A DNA stretch of 64,000 bases from NCBI GenBank assembly GCA_963668645.2, contig CAXXWC010000020.1, positions 32,001-96,000 on the forward strand, given 5' to 3'. Every line of letters starts with the position of its first letter. The first letter of the stretch is position 1. Source of the stretch: Desulfobacterales bacterium (GTDB taxonomy: Bacteria > Desulfobacterota > Desulfobacteria > Desulfobacterales > UBA2174). This document shows positions 9,525 through 18,346 of this stretch, one piece after another. Position numbers and translations under genes: made by a program. The notes below the pieces were generated by a model. It ran no database searches, was not told where the DNA came from, and saw nothing but the letters and a program-made list of their open reading frames with translations.

Positions 9525-9564
9525 GATCCATCGGATCGGTCGGATCCGACGGATCGGACCGATC
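9525..9564. repeat. 9-bp periodic GATC-containing tandem repeat
   Basis: GATC at 9525, 9534, 9543, 9552 and 9561; units CGGATCGGT / CGGATCCGA / CGGATCGGA. Confidence 0.85.
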
Positions 9565-9594
9565 TATAAAAAGCGCCGCCGTGCCGTCGATCCA

Positions 9595-10800
9595 TCAGCG
9601 CACCTGCCGCCCTTCGTAGCCTTTCAGGATCTGGCGCGCCGCGGACACCTTGTGCACCTCGTCGGCCCCGTCGTAGATCCGCGCGGCCCGCTCGTGGCGA
9701 AAGAAAAAGGCCAGCACCGTGTCGTCGGTCATGCCCAGACCGCCGTGGACCTGCAGGGCCCGGTCGATGACCCGCTGCATGGTGTTGGCCACGGTGAACT
9801 TGATCAGCGATATCTCGCGGCGAGCCGCCTTGTTCCCCTCGCGGTCCATCTTCCAGGCCGCGTGGAGAACCATCAGGCGGGCCGCCTCGATCTCGGCAGC
9901 CGATTCCGCGATCCAGGACTGGATGATCTGTTTGCGGGCCAGGGTCCGGCCCGGGCTGATCTCGCGGGTCAGGGCCCGGTGGCACATCAGGTCGAAGGCC
10001 CGGCGGCAGATCCCCAGCCAGCGCATGCAGTGGTGGATGCGCCCGGGCCCGAGGCGCTCCTGGGCGATGACGAACCCGTGGCCCCGGGGACCGAGAAGGT
10101 TTTCGGCCGGCACGCGGCAGTCCTGGTAGAGGATCTCGCCGTGGCTGAAGTAATCCTCGCCCGCATGGCCCATGACCGGGATGTTGCGCACCAGGTTGAA
10201 GCCCGGCGCATCGGTGGGCACGATGATCATGCTGGCCTGAAGATAGGGGCTGGCCTCGGGGTCGGTCCTGGCCATGACGATGGCAAAGGCGGCCCCGTCG
10301 GCCGCGGTGGTGTACCATTTCTGGCCGTTGATCACCCACTGGTCGCCATCGAGAACCGCGCTGGTGTCCATCATCACCGGGTTGGAGCCGGCCAGGTTGA
10401 CCTCGGTCATGGAAAAGCAGCTGCGGATCGTTCCGTCCACCAGGGGCCCGAGATATTTTTCTTTCTGGGCCGCGGTGCCGTGAAGGTGCAGGATCTCGAC
10501 GTTGCCGGCGTCCGGCGCATGGCAGCCGAATACGAAATGCCCCAGGGGGCTGCGGCCCAGGGCCTCGGAAACCAGGCCGTGCTCCACCAGCCCGAGTCCC
10601 ATGCCGCCGAATTCCACCGGGTGGTTGGGGGCCCAGAGCTCCATCTGCTTGACCATGCGCCGCTTTTCCTCGATCACGGGCAACAGGGCCGTAAAAGGCC
10701 GGTTGAGAAACTCGGGCTCCAGGGGGATGAGTTCCTTTTCGACAAACTCGTCGATCATCTCCAGCACGATCTGCATCTTTTCCGAAATGCCGAAATCCAT
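9595..10800 (-). CDS. Acyl-CoA dehydrogenase, ACAD10/11 / LvaC-like
   Basis: SCFSMTE, INGQKW, RLGPGRIHHCMR, and ARIYDGADEVH with Asp at the usual catalytic Glu site. Confidence 0.92.
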   Translation of the reverse strand: MDFGISEKMQIVLEMIDEFVEKELIPLEPEFLNRPFTALLPVIEEKRRMVKQMELWAPNHPVEFGGMGLGLVEHGLVSEALGRSPLGHFVFGCHAPDAGNVEILHLHGTAAQKEKYLGPLVDGTIRSCFSMTEVNLAGSNPVMMDTSAVLDGDQWVINGQKWYTTAADGAAFAIVMARTDPEASPYLQASMIIVPTDAPGFNLVRNIPVMGHAGEDYFSHGEILYQDCRVPAENLLGPRGHGFVIAQERLGPGRIHHCMRWLGICRRAFDLMCHRALTREISPGRTLARKQIIQSWIAESAAEIEAARLMVLHAAWKMDREGNKAARREISLIKFTVANTMQRVIDRALQVHGGLGMTDDTVLAFFFRHERAARIYDGADEVHKVSAARQILKGYEGRQVR

Positions 10801-10810
10801 AGCACCGCTC

Positions 10811-11512
10811 CTAGAACAGGGTTTTCAGCCCGTCATCGGCCTCCAGGTCGAGATGGGCCGTAAGATTGAAGCTATTCAGGCGCATGCGCCCGCCGCCGGT
10901 CTCAAGCACCGACACCGAAGTGTTGAGGATCTTCCAGCCGAGTTCCACCGCCACGGCCGGATCAAGGTTCAAGGCGGCTTGCAGGGCTACGGCGATGGTG
11001 CCGCCAGAGGTGAAGACCACCGCCCGGTCCATGCCTGCGGCCGCCTGGGCCACCCGCTCCAGCCCCCGCTGCACCCTGGCCACAAAACGGCCGAAAACGT
11101 CGTCCGCCTCCGCGCCCCCGGCCAGGCTGTTCTTCAACGCCAGGGTCATCACCTCGCAAAAGGCGGCCGCGTCATGGTTCCGCAGCCGGTAGGTGCCGGC
11201 AAGATGGGGATGTTCGGCCAAAAGCCGCTCGCGCTGGGCCGCCAGGATCCGGTCGGTATCGATCTCTTCCAGTTCATGGATGATCCGGGGTGAAAACCTC
11301 TCCTTTTCCGGCGCCATGGCGGCCATGGCATGGTGGGCCGTTTGGCGGTGGCGCCGCAGGGGTCCGCTGAAAACGGCGTCGAAGCGCATCCCGGTACGGC
11401 GCCAGTACCGGCCCAGCAGGCGGCACTGGCGCCGGCCAAGATCGGAGAGGCGGTCGTAGTCGGCCGCGCCGAAAGAGGCCTGGCCGTGGCGGATCAGGTA
11501 AATTTGGCTCAT
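10811..11512 (-). CDS. Histidine phosphatase family protein
   Basis: MSQIYLIRHGQASFG RHG motif; FTSGGTIA. Confidence 0.88.
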   Translation of the reverse strand: MSQIYLIRHGQASFGAADYDRLSDLGRRQCRLLGRYWRRTGMRFDAVFSGPLRRHRQTAHHAMAAMAPEKERFSPRIIHELEEIDTDRILAAQRERLLAEHPHLAGTYRLRNHDAAAFCEVMTLALKNSLAGGAEADDVFGRFVARVQRGLERVAQAAAGMDRAVVFTSGGTIAVALQAALNLDPAVAVELGWKILNTSVSVLETGGGRMRLNSFNLTAHLDLEADDGLKTLF

Positions 11513-11603
11513 GCGCGTCTCGGCTCGACCTCCGCCGGGATCACCGGCAAGGAAAGGATTGGATAAAATCATTTCTGCCGATTTAGCCTTATCCGGCGCG
11601 GCT

Positions 11604-11668
11604 TGTCAATCAATAAAACGAACGAACGCTCGCTTTTTATTGACAGGTTTTGGATCTTTTCCTATGGT
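11604..11668. promoter_or_regulatory. Divergent sigma70 promoters with intervening inverted repeat (probable TetR operator)
   Basis: TTGACA on the minus strand (11604-11609). TTGACA(11640-45)-17 bp-TATGGT(11663-68) on the plus strand. TCAATAAAA..TTTTATTGA inverted repeat between them. Confidence 0.65.
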
Positions 11669-11675
11669 GCCAGTG

Positions 11676-12461
11676 ATGAAACTTCTCGTCTGTGTCAAAG
11701 AGGTTCCAGCCCCCGAGTCACCGCTCGGCCTGTCCGCCGACGGCAAGTGCATTGCACCGCTGGGGGCGCCGGAACGGCGTCTGGGCCGCTACGACGCCTG
11801 CGCCCTGGAGGCGGCCTTGCAGCTCGCCGAACAGGCTGCGGGCGTCCGGGTGGATGTGGTTACCGTGGGGCCGGCCGAAGCGGCCCAGGGATTGCGCCGG
11901 GCTTTAGGCATGGGGGCCGGAGCGGCCCTGCACATCGTTGCCCAAGAAGAGGCCGGCGACCCGTACCGGGTGGCCGCCGCCATCGCGGCCGCCGAAAAGA
12001 CCCCCTACGACCTGATCCTGACCGGCGCCATGAGCGAGGATCTGATGCAGGCCGCCGTGGGGCCGACCCTGGCGGCCCTGCTCGACCGGCCCTGCGCCAC
12101 CGAAGTGGTGGCGCTGCGCATCGATGCCGACGGCACGGCGCTGACGGCCGAAGAGGAGCGCGAGGGCGGGGCGCGAAACCTGGTCCGGCTCTGTCTGCCG
12201 GCCGTGCTCACCATCCAGAGCGGGGCCTGGGTGCCGCGCTATCCGTCCCTTTCCGGCCTGCTCAAGGCCCGGCGCCGGACGATCCCGAGCATCGCGATGG
12301 CGGATCTGGTACCGGAGCCGCCGCGCACGCGCATCACCGGCTTCCATCTTCCGCCCCGGACCCGCCAGGGACGCATCATAGAGGGGAGCCCGGCCGAAAA
12401 GGCCGCCCGGCTGGCAAAGATTCTTCGCCAGCGCGGCTTTCTTGCCGGAGGGGCCCCATGA
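11676..12461 (+). CDS. etfB: Electron transfer flavoprotein beta subunit
   Basis: MKLLVCVKEVP, ALEAALQL, ALGMGA, PRYPSL. Confidence 0.9.
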   Translation: MKLLVCVKEVPAPESPLGLSADGKCIAPLGAPERRLGRYDACALEAALQLAEQAAGVRVDVVTVGPAEAAQGLRRALGMGAGAALHIVAQEEAGDPYRVAAAIAAAEKTPYDLILTGAMSEDLMQAAVGPTLAALLDRPCATEVVALRIDADGTALTAEEEREGGARNLVRLCLPAVLTIQSGAWVPRYPSLSGLLKARRRTIPSIAMADLVPEPPRTRITGFHLPPRTRQGRIIEGSPAEKAARLAKILRQRGFLAGGAP

Positions 12462-13456
12462 CCGCCCCTGCCCTGGCCCTCATCCTGCCCCACCAAAACG
12501 GCCGCCTGCTGGATGCCGCCAGGACCCTGGCCGCCTGTGCCGGGACCATCACCGCCCTTTTTCCGGCGCCGGTCCTGGCTGTCGTGGCCGGCCCCGATCC
12601 CGGCCCAGCGGCCGATCAGGCGGCCCGGGACCTGGGCCTTTGCGTCACGGCCCTGGAAATTCCCCACAGCACCGATTCCTGCGACGGGGTTGCGGTGGCC
12701 GAACTGGCGGCCCTGCTGCGATCCTGGCACCCGGCCTGGGTCCTGGCGGCTGACAGCGCCGCCGGCCGCCATCTGGCACCGGTCCTGGCCGCCCGGCTCG
12801 CGGCGGCCTACGTTCCCGGGGTGGAGGCCGTCGAAAGCGACAGTGCCGGCATCCGCTTGACACGGGCCGTGCACGGGGGCAAGTTCAGAGCCGTTTTGCG
12901 CGTCGAGACCGCCGCTGCCGTGATAACGGTGGCCAACGGCGCCTTTGGAGAGCCCGCCACCGCCTTTGACCATTGCCCGCAAGTGACCCGGCACCTGGGC
13001 CGTGCCGTGGATCAGCGCCGCTGCCGCCTGGAACGGCGCCCCGCCGGCCGCCCGGACCCCGGCCTGAACCAGGCCCGGGTGGTGGTGACCGCCGGCAGCG
13101 GAATCGGCGCGGCGGATCGGCTCGATCTGATCCGGGCCCTGGCCCACCGGCTCGACAAGGCCGCCGTAGCCGGATCGCGCCCGGTCTGCGACCGGGGCTG
13201 GCTGCCGTACAACCGCCAGGTCGGCATCACCGGGGCCACCGTGGCGCCGGCCCTCTATCTTGCCTGCGGGATTTCCGGGGCGGCCCAGCACATCGCCGGC
13301 ATGTCCGGCGCAGGCCTGGTAGTGGCCATCAACAAGGACCCCAGGGCCGCGATTTTCCAGCATGCCGACCTCGGCGTGGTGGAAGACCTGACGACCTTCC
13401 TGCCGCTGCTTGCCGAGGCCTGCCGGCCTGAGGGCGCTGCAGCAGATCGACATTGA
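12458..13456 (+). CDS. etfA: Electron transfer flavoprotein alpha subunit
   Basis: GSRPVCDRGW, QVGITGATVAP, CGISGAAQHIAGM, AINKDPRAAIF. Confidence 0.92.
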   Translation: MTAPALALILPHQNGRLLDAARTLAACAGTITALFPAPVLAVVAGPDPGPAADQAARDLGLCVTALEIPHSTDSCDGVAVAELAALLRSWHPAWVLAADSAAGRHLAPVLAARLAAAYVPGVEAVESDSAGIRLTRAVHGGKFRAVLRVETAAAVITVANGAFGEPATAFDHCPQVTRHLGRAVDQRRCRLERRPAGRPDPGLNQARVVVTAGSGIGAADRLDLIRALAHRLDKAAVAGSRPVCDRGWLPYNRQVGITGATVAPALYLACGISGAAQHIAGMSGAGLVVAINKDPRAAIFQHADLGVVEDLTTFLPLLAEACRPEGAAADRH

Positions 13457-13462
13457 AAAAGG

Positions 13463-14404
13463 ATGGCTCAATTGAAATGCGACCGGATTCAAAAAACGCT
13501 GGTGATCGGCGCCGGCACCATGGGCTGCCAGGTGGCCTGGCTCTTTGCGGTCAATGGGCTGGCGGTGTCGGTCTACGATGCTTCGCCCGAGGCCCTGGAG
13601 GCTTTGCCGGCAGGGCTGGAAAGACTTTCCCGGCGCTTTGTTAAACTCCACCGGCTTTCCCCGGACCAGGCCGGCCAGGCCATGGAGCGTATCCGGATCA
13701 CCGCCGACCCGGATGCGGCCGCCGCCGGCGCCGACCTGCTGAGCGAGTCGGTTCCCGAAGACCCGGATCTCAAGGGGCGCGTGCTGGCCGATTTTCACCG
13801 CCGCTGCCCGCCGCACACCGTCTTTACCACCAACACTTCCACCCTGGTGCCGTCCCAGTTCGCCCCGGCCAGCGGCCGCCCAGAACGGTTGGCGGCCTTG
13901 CACTTTCACGACGTGTCGCTGTCGCTCATCGTGGACGTGATGCCCCATGCGGGAACCGATCCGGCCATCGTCGAACTGCTGGCGGACTTTTGCCGGCGCC
14001 TCGGCCAGGTGCCCATCGTCCTGGCCCGCGAAAGCAGCGGCTATGTCTTCAATGCCATGCTCTCGCACCTCTTCGAGGCCGCCCTGACCCTGGCCGCCAG
14101 GGGGGTGGCCTCGGTGCCGGACATCGACCGCTCCTGGATGGGGGTCACCTACATGCCCGCCGGTCCCTTCGGGATCATGGACAGCATCGGCCTTCCAACG
14201 GTGCACCGGATCTGCGCCTACTGGGCCGCGCGCAGCGACGATTCCCAGGCCCGGGCCAACGCCGCCTTTGTGGAGCGCATGGTGGCTGCCGGCCGTCTGG
14301 GCATTAAAAACGGCAAGGGCTTTTACACCTACCCGGATCCGGCCTTCCGGCATCCGGATTTTCTGACCGCTACGGATAAAACCGCCAAGGGAGAAACCCC
14401 ATGA
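13463..14404 (+). CDS. 3-hydroxyacyl-CoA dehydrogenase
   Basis: VIGAGTMG Rossmann motif, ESVPED, TNTSTL, ALHF, GPFGIMDSIG. Confidence 0.9.
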   Translation: MAQLKCDRIQKTLVIGAGTMGCQVAWLFAVNGLAVSVYDASPEALEALPAGLERLSRRFVKLHRLSPDQAGQAMERIRITADPDAAAAGADLLSESVPEDPDLKGRVLADFHRRCPPHTVFTTNTSTLVPSQFAPASGRPERLAALHFHDVSLSLIVDVMPHAGTDPAIVELLADFCRRLGQVPIVLARESSGYVFNAMLSHLFEAALTLAARGVASVPDIDRSWMGVTYMPAGPFGIMDSIGLPTVHRICAYWAARSDDSQARANAAFVERMVAAGRLGIKNGKGFYTYPDPAFRHPDFLTATDKTAKGETP

Positions 14405-15744
14405 ACCAGCACCGCGTATCCATCGTGCGCTACCAGGCCCCGGGCGACTCGGTCCGCCGGGCGGTGGACCTGGCCGGCGGCCTGCCCGCTTTGCCATCGG
14501 GCGCGAAGGTTTTTATCAAGCCGAACATCGTCTACTGGACCCGGGCGGTGCCTTTTCCCAAGTGGGGGGTGATCACCACCAGCCGGGTGGTCGAAGACAT
14601 GGTCGCGCTGCTCAAAGAGCAGGGCATCGCGCATATCACCATCGGTGAAGGCGTGGTCACCGCCGATCCCAAGGATGTGGAGACCCCGGCCCACGCCTTT
14701 GCCACCCTCGGCTACGAGACCCTGGCCCGGCGCTACGGGATCAGGACCCTCAACGTCATGGCAGGGCGTTTCACCCCGGTGGATATCGGCGGCGGCATCA
14801 CGCTGAACTTTTGCACCGACGCGCTGGAAAGCGACCTGATCGTCGACCTGCCGGTACTCAAGACGCACAACCAGACGGTGGTCAGCCTGGGGATCAAAAA
14901 CCTCAAGGGGCTCATCGACATCCGGTCGCGCAAAAAGTGCCACCGCGTCGACCCCCAGGCCGACCTGCACGCTATGGTGGCCCGCCTGGCCGACGGCCTG
15001 CCGCCGGTTTTTGCCCTCGTCGACGGCATCTATTCCTGTGAAAGAGGGCCGGCCTTCGACGGCAAGATGCACCGCAGCGACCTGCTGATCGCCTCGGCCG
15101 ATGTGCTCAGCGCGGACATGGTCGGGGCCCGGGTCCTGGGCCACGAGCCGGCCGATGTACCCTACCTGGCCCGGGCGGCATCCAACCACGGCCGGCCCGT
15201 GGATCTTTCCGACATCCAGGTCGCGGGAGAACCGGTCGCAGCGGTGGCACGGCCCCACGCTTACGACTTCGACTACGCCCAGGACGAAGACGGCAACTGG
15301 CTGCCCCTGCCGCTTCTCAAGCAGGGGATCCGCGGCATCTCCTACCCCAAGTACGACCTTTCCATGTGCACCTACTGTTCGGGGATCAACGGGCTGGTGC
15401 TCTCGGCGATCCGCTACGCCTGGAAAGGCGAACCCTTCGACGACGTCGAAGTGCTCACCGGCAAGGCCATGGCCCCCACGCCGGGCAGGAAAAAGACCAT
15501 CCTGCTGGGCAAATGCATGTACCAGGCCCACAAGAACAATCCCGAAATCAACGAGATGATCGCCGTCAAGGGGTGCCCGCCCAAGGCGGAACAGATCGTC
15601 GAGGCCCTGCACCAGGCCGGAATCGCGGCCGACCCGGCCCTGTTCGCCAACAAGGACCAGCTGCCCGGCTTCTTCATGGCCCGCTACCAGGGCAAGCCGG
15701 AGTTCGACGAGGCGTTTTTCCGCGTGGCACAGAGCCAGGGGTAG
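14401..15744 (+). CDS. DUF362 domain protein with C-terminal Cys-rich region
   Basis: IKPN, PVLKTH, SLGIKNLKG; C-terminal CTYC..GKC..KGCPP. Confidence 0.8.
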   Translation: MNQHRVSIVRYQAPGDSVRRAVDLAGGLPALPSGAKVFIKPNIVYWTRAVPFPKWGVITTSRVVEDMVALLKEQGIAHITIGEGVVTADPKDVETPAHAFATLGYETLARRYGIRTLNVMAGRFTPVDIGGGITLNFCTDALESDLIVDLPVLKTHNQTVVSLGIKNLKGLIDIRSRKKCHRVDPQADLHAMVARLADGLPPVFALVDGIYSCERGPAFDGKMHRSDLLIASADVLSADMVGARVLGHEPADVPYLARAASNHGRPVDLSDIQVAGEPVAAVARPHAYDFDYAQDEDGNWLPLPLLKQGIRGISYPKYDLSMCTYCSGINGLVLSAIRYAWKGEPFDDVEVLTGKAMAPTPGRKKTILLGKCMYQAHKNNPEINEMIAVKGCPPKAEQIVEALHQAGIAADPALFANKDQLPGFFMARYQGKPEFDEAFFRVAQSQG

Positions 15745-15902
15745 TCACAGTTCATGACTTTAGGGCTTTGGCGGACGGATTCCACCCTATCAACCCAAAA
15801 AGTGACAAACAATTTTGGCTTTTAGTTTCTACTTGGTATAATCCCACTGTTATGCAGACTCCCATTCACAGTCACAACCCAAACGAAAGGAGAACCACTC
15901 CC

Positions 15903-16313
15903 ATGGCCAAGATGACCCCCCGCATCCGGGAACTTTTCGAAAAAGTACCTTCCGCCGTTTTTGCCACCGCCGGCCTCGACGGCACCCCCAACGCGGTGCC
16001 CGTTGGCACCAAAAAAGTCATAGACGATGACACCGTGCTGATTTCCGACCAGTTTTTCAACAAGACCCGTGCCAACCTTGAGGCCAACCCCCGGGTATCC
16101 ATCACCTTCTGGGAGGGCAAGGAAGGCTACCAGATCAAAGGCTTCGCAACGATCGAGACCGAAGGGGAGCGGTTTGAGGAAACGGCCCGCTGGATCGAAG
16201 AGCTTGGCAACAGGGCGGGCTTTCCCCTCAAATCCAAAGGGGCCGTCATCGTGAAGATCGAGGCGGTTTATGCGATTTCGCCCGGGCCAGGCGCCGGACG
16301 GCAATTGGCGTGA
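15903..16313 (+). CDS. Pyridoxamine 5'-phosphate oxidase-like FMN-binding protein
   Basis: FATAGLDGTPN, FFNKTRANLEANPRVSI, GYQIKG; AGGAG RBS; TGGTATAAT upstream. Confidence 0.85.
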   Translation: MAKMTPRIRELFEKVPSAVFATAGLDGTPNAVPVGTKKVIDDDTVLISDQFFNKTRANLEANPRVSITFWEGKEGYQIKGFATIETEGERFEETARWIEELGNRAGFPLKSKGAVIVKIEAVYAISPGPGAGRQLA

Positions 16314-17389
16314 CAACGACGAGTGTCCTGACCGTACGCGCCGGCCAGCGGGCCCGCCAGATCCTCTGCGACGAGGGGCTGCGCCCCGAGCGGGTGCGCG
16401 TGGTGGCCGGGGCCGCCGGCGGGCCCAAATGGCTGGTGCTCAACGGCCTGGACCGGTTCCTGTTCGGCGGCTGGCTCGGCAGGGCCCGGCAGCCTTTGTT
16501 TCTGGTGGGCTCGTCCATCGGGGCCTGGCGTTTTGCCGCAGCGGCCACCGAAAACCCGGCGGCCGCCATCGAGCGCTTCGAGACGGCTTACATCGGCCAG
16601 CGCTACCGCCGGCTCCCGACATTCGAGGAGGTCTCGGCCCAGAGCCGGCGGATTCAGACGACTTTTCTCGGCCCGGGGGGCGAGGCGCAGGTCTTGTCTC
16701 ACCCCCGGCTGCGTCTCAACGTGCTGGCGGTGCGCTGCCGGGGGAGCTGGATCGAAGACGGACCATGGCGGCTTGCAGGCCACCTGGCAACGGCGGCAAC
16801 GGCCAACTTCGTCTCCCGGCGTCTTTTGGGGCTGTTCTTCGAGCGGGTGCTCTTCTACGATCCGCGGGACCGGCCGCCGTTTTTCGAGATGGGCGGATTT
16901 CCCCTGCGGTGCATCCCCCTGACCGTCCAGAACCTGGTCCCGGCCCTGCTGGCCTCCGGGGCCGTCCCCCTGCTCATGGCCGGTGTACGCGGGATCGCCG
17001 GCGGCCCGCAAGGGATCTACCGGGACGGCGGGCTGATCGACTACCACGTGGACATCCCCTTCGGCACCGGCCCGGACGAGATCGTTCTTTTTCCCCACTA
17101 CACCCAGCGCATTGCCCCCGGCTGGTTCGACAAGCACCTGGCCTGGCGCCGGCCGTCCCCGGCACACATGCAAAACGTGGTGCAAATCGCCCCCTCGCCG
17201 GAGTTCGTCAAAAGCCTGCCTTACGGCAAGATCCCGGACCGCCAGGATTTTTTCACCTTCAAGGACCACGACGGGCAGCGCATCGCCTACTGGCACGAGG
17301 TGGTGCGCCAAAGCCGGCGCCTGGCCGAGGCCTTTGCCGAACTGGCCGCCGCCGGTCCCTTGGCCGACCGGGTCTACCCCCTGGAGTGA
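16310..17389 (+). CDS. Patatin-like phospholipase family protein
   Basis: GAAGGPK, GSSIG nucleophile elbow, DGG. Confidence 0.75.
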   Translation: MTTTSVLTVRAGQRARQILCDEGLRPERVRVVAGAAGGPKWLVLNGLDRFLFGGWLGRARQPLFLVGSSIGAWRFAAAATENPAAAIERFETAYIGQRYRRLPTFEEVSAQSRRIQTTFLGPGGEAQVLSHPRLRLNVLAVRCRGSWIEDGPWRLAGHLATAATANFVSRRLLGLFFERVLFYDPRDRPPFFEMGGFPLRCIPLTVQNLVPALLASGAVPLLMAGVRGIAGGPQGIYRDGGLIDYHVDIPFGTGPDEIVLFPHYTQRIAPGWFDKHLAWRRPSPAHMQNVVQIAPSPEFVKSLPYGKIPDRQDFFTFKDHDGQRIAYWHEVVRQSRRLAEAFAELAAAGPLADRVYPLE

Positions 17390-17409
17390 GCGCAGGCCTC
17401 GTTTGCGGG

Positions 17410-17607
17410 TCAAGAATGACGGTGGTGCCCCTCGTCCTTCTTGCCATCGAGGGCACCGCGCAGCCGATTGCGGTCGGCTGCAGTGCGGCGCAGCTCCGCG
17501 GCGACGGCATCGCGGCGTTCGGGAGGTGCCGCCGCCAGTTCTTTTTCAAGACGCTCGACTTCGCGGGTCAGACGGTACAATTCCTGGGCGAGCAGACGAA
17601 TGGACAT
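17410..17607 (-). CDS. Small coiled-coil hypothetical protein
   Basis: MSIRLLAQELYRLTREVERLEKEL...; fills the gap between convergent genes. Confidence 0.6.
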   Translation of the reverse strand: MSIRLLAQELYRLTREVERLEKELAAAPPERRDAVAAELRRTAADRNRLRGALDGKKDEGHHRHS

Positions 17608-17779
17608 GAAAAGATGTATCCTTGGGGTACAAGATCCATAAGCAACATTATTCTGCCAAACTAGTGTCCGTCCATAAATGGACACAAACTAACCGCTTCC
17701 CCCGGCCGTGTCCAGCATGGCGGCCGCAAGCGGGCATCAAGGGCGGTGAATCGAAGCAATTCACCGCTGACATCATCCC

Positions 17780-18328
17780 ATGACCAGCGCCACCCGCATC
17801 CCCTGGAATACCCCCCGGTCGTGGGTCCGGGTCAACCGGCGGCTCTCGGCGGCCCTGGCCCTGGCCGGCCCCCGGCTGGCGGATGTCCGCCCGGAAGCCG
17901 CCGATCTTCTGTCCAGGATGACCATCCTGGCCCGGGACCAGCAGCGCCTGGCCGAGACGACCTGCCCCCGCTGTCCGGAGCCCTGCTGCCGGGTGGCCAC
18001 GATCTGGTTCGACCGCCAGGACCTTGTTTTTTTCCACCTTGCCGGCTTGGCTGCGCCCCCGGGCCAGCCGCGGCCGGATCCGGACCGGCCCTGCCGCTAT
18101 CTGGGCCATCGGGGCTGCCGCCTGCCGAGGCTGCGGCGGCCCTGGATCTGCACCCGCTATCTTTGCCCCACGCAACGCCTTCGTTTGAATCGTGAACCCG
18201 GGCCGGACGGCTTGCGGGATATGGGCACCACCGTTAAGGTGCTCACCCAACGGCGGCGACATCTGGCGACTGCAATAACGCAACTCATCGGAACCGCATG
18301 GGAAGGATTCGAAGATGTGGTGCGATGA
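17780..18328 (+). CDS. Cys-cluster protein (YkgJ/CxxCxxCC-like)
   Basis: CPRCPEPCC...PCRYLGHRGCRL..RPWICTRYLC. Confidence 0.65.
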   Translation: MTSATRIPWNTPRSWVRVNRRLSAALALAGPRLADVRPEAADLLSRMTILARDQQRLAETTCPRCPEPCCRVATIWFDRQDLVFFHLAGLAAPPGQPRPDPDRPCRYLGHRGCRLPRLRRPWICTRYLCPTQRLRLNREPGPDGLRDMGTTVKVLTQRRRHLATAITQLIGTAWEGFEDVVR

Positions 18329-18346
18329 AAAACTTGTTGTTTCGAC

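Noticed and set aside
9525..9564. Possible CRISPR array
   Set aside because: The units are 9 bp with no spacers. No cas genes or repeat-spacer arrays were seen anywhere in the window.
12239..14497. Long antisense or alternate-frame ORFs (e.g. 752 aa here; also 52238-53875, 9517-10863, 48350-49810, and the 41524 extension of degP)
   Set aside because: They are shadows of well-supported genes in GC-rich DNA and have no recognisable motifs.
15800..15860. Purine riboswitch (GTTTCTAC seen)
   Set aside because: The other conserved elements and stems are missing, and the downstream gene is unrelated. It reads better as a promoter (TGGTATAAT).
17641..17660. sigma54 promoter on the minus strand (TTGGCA...TTGCT)
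   Set aside because: The GG-to-GC spacing is 12 nt, not the required 10.
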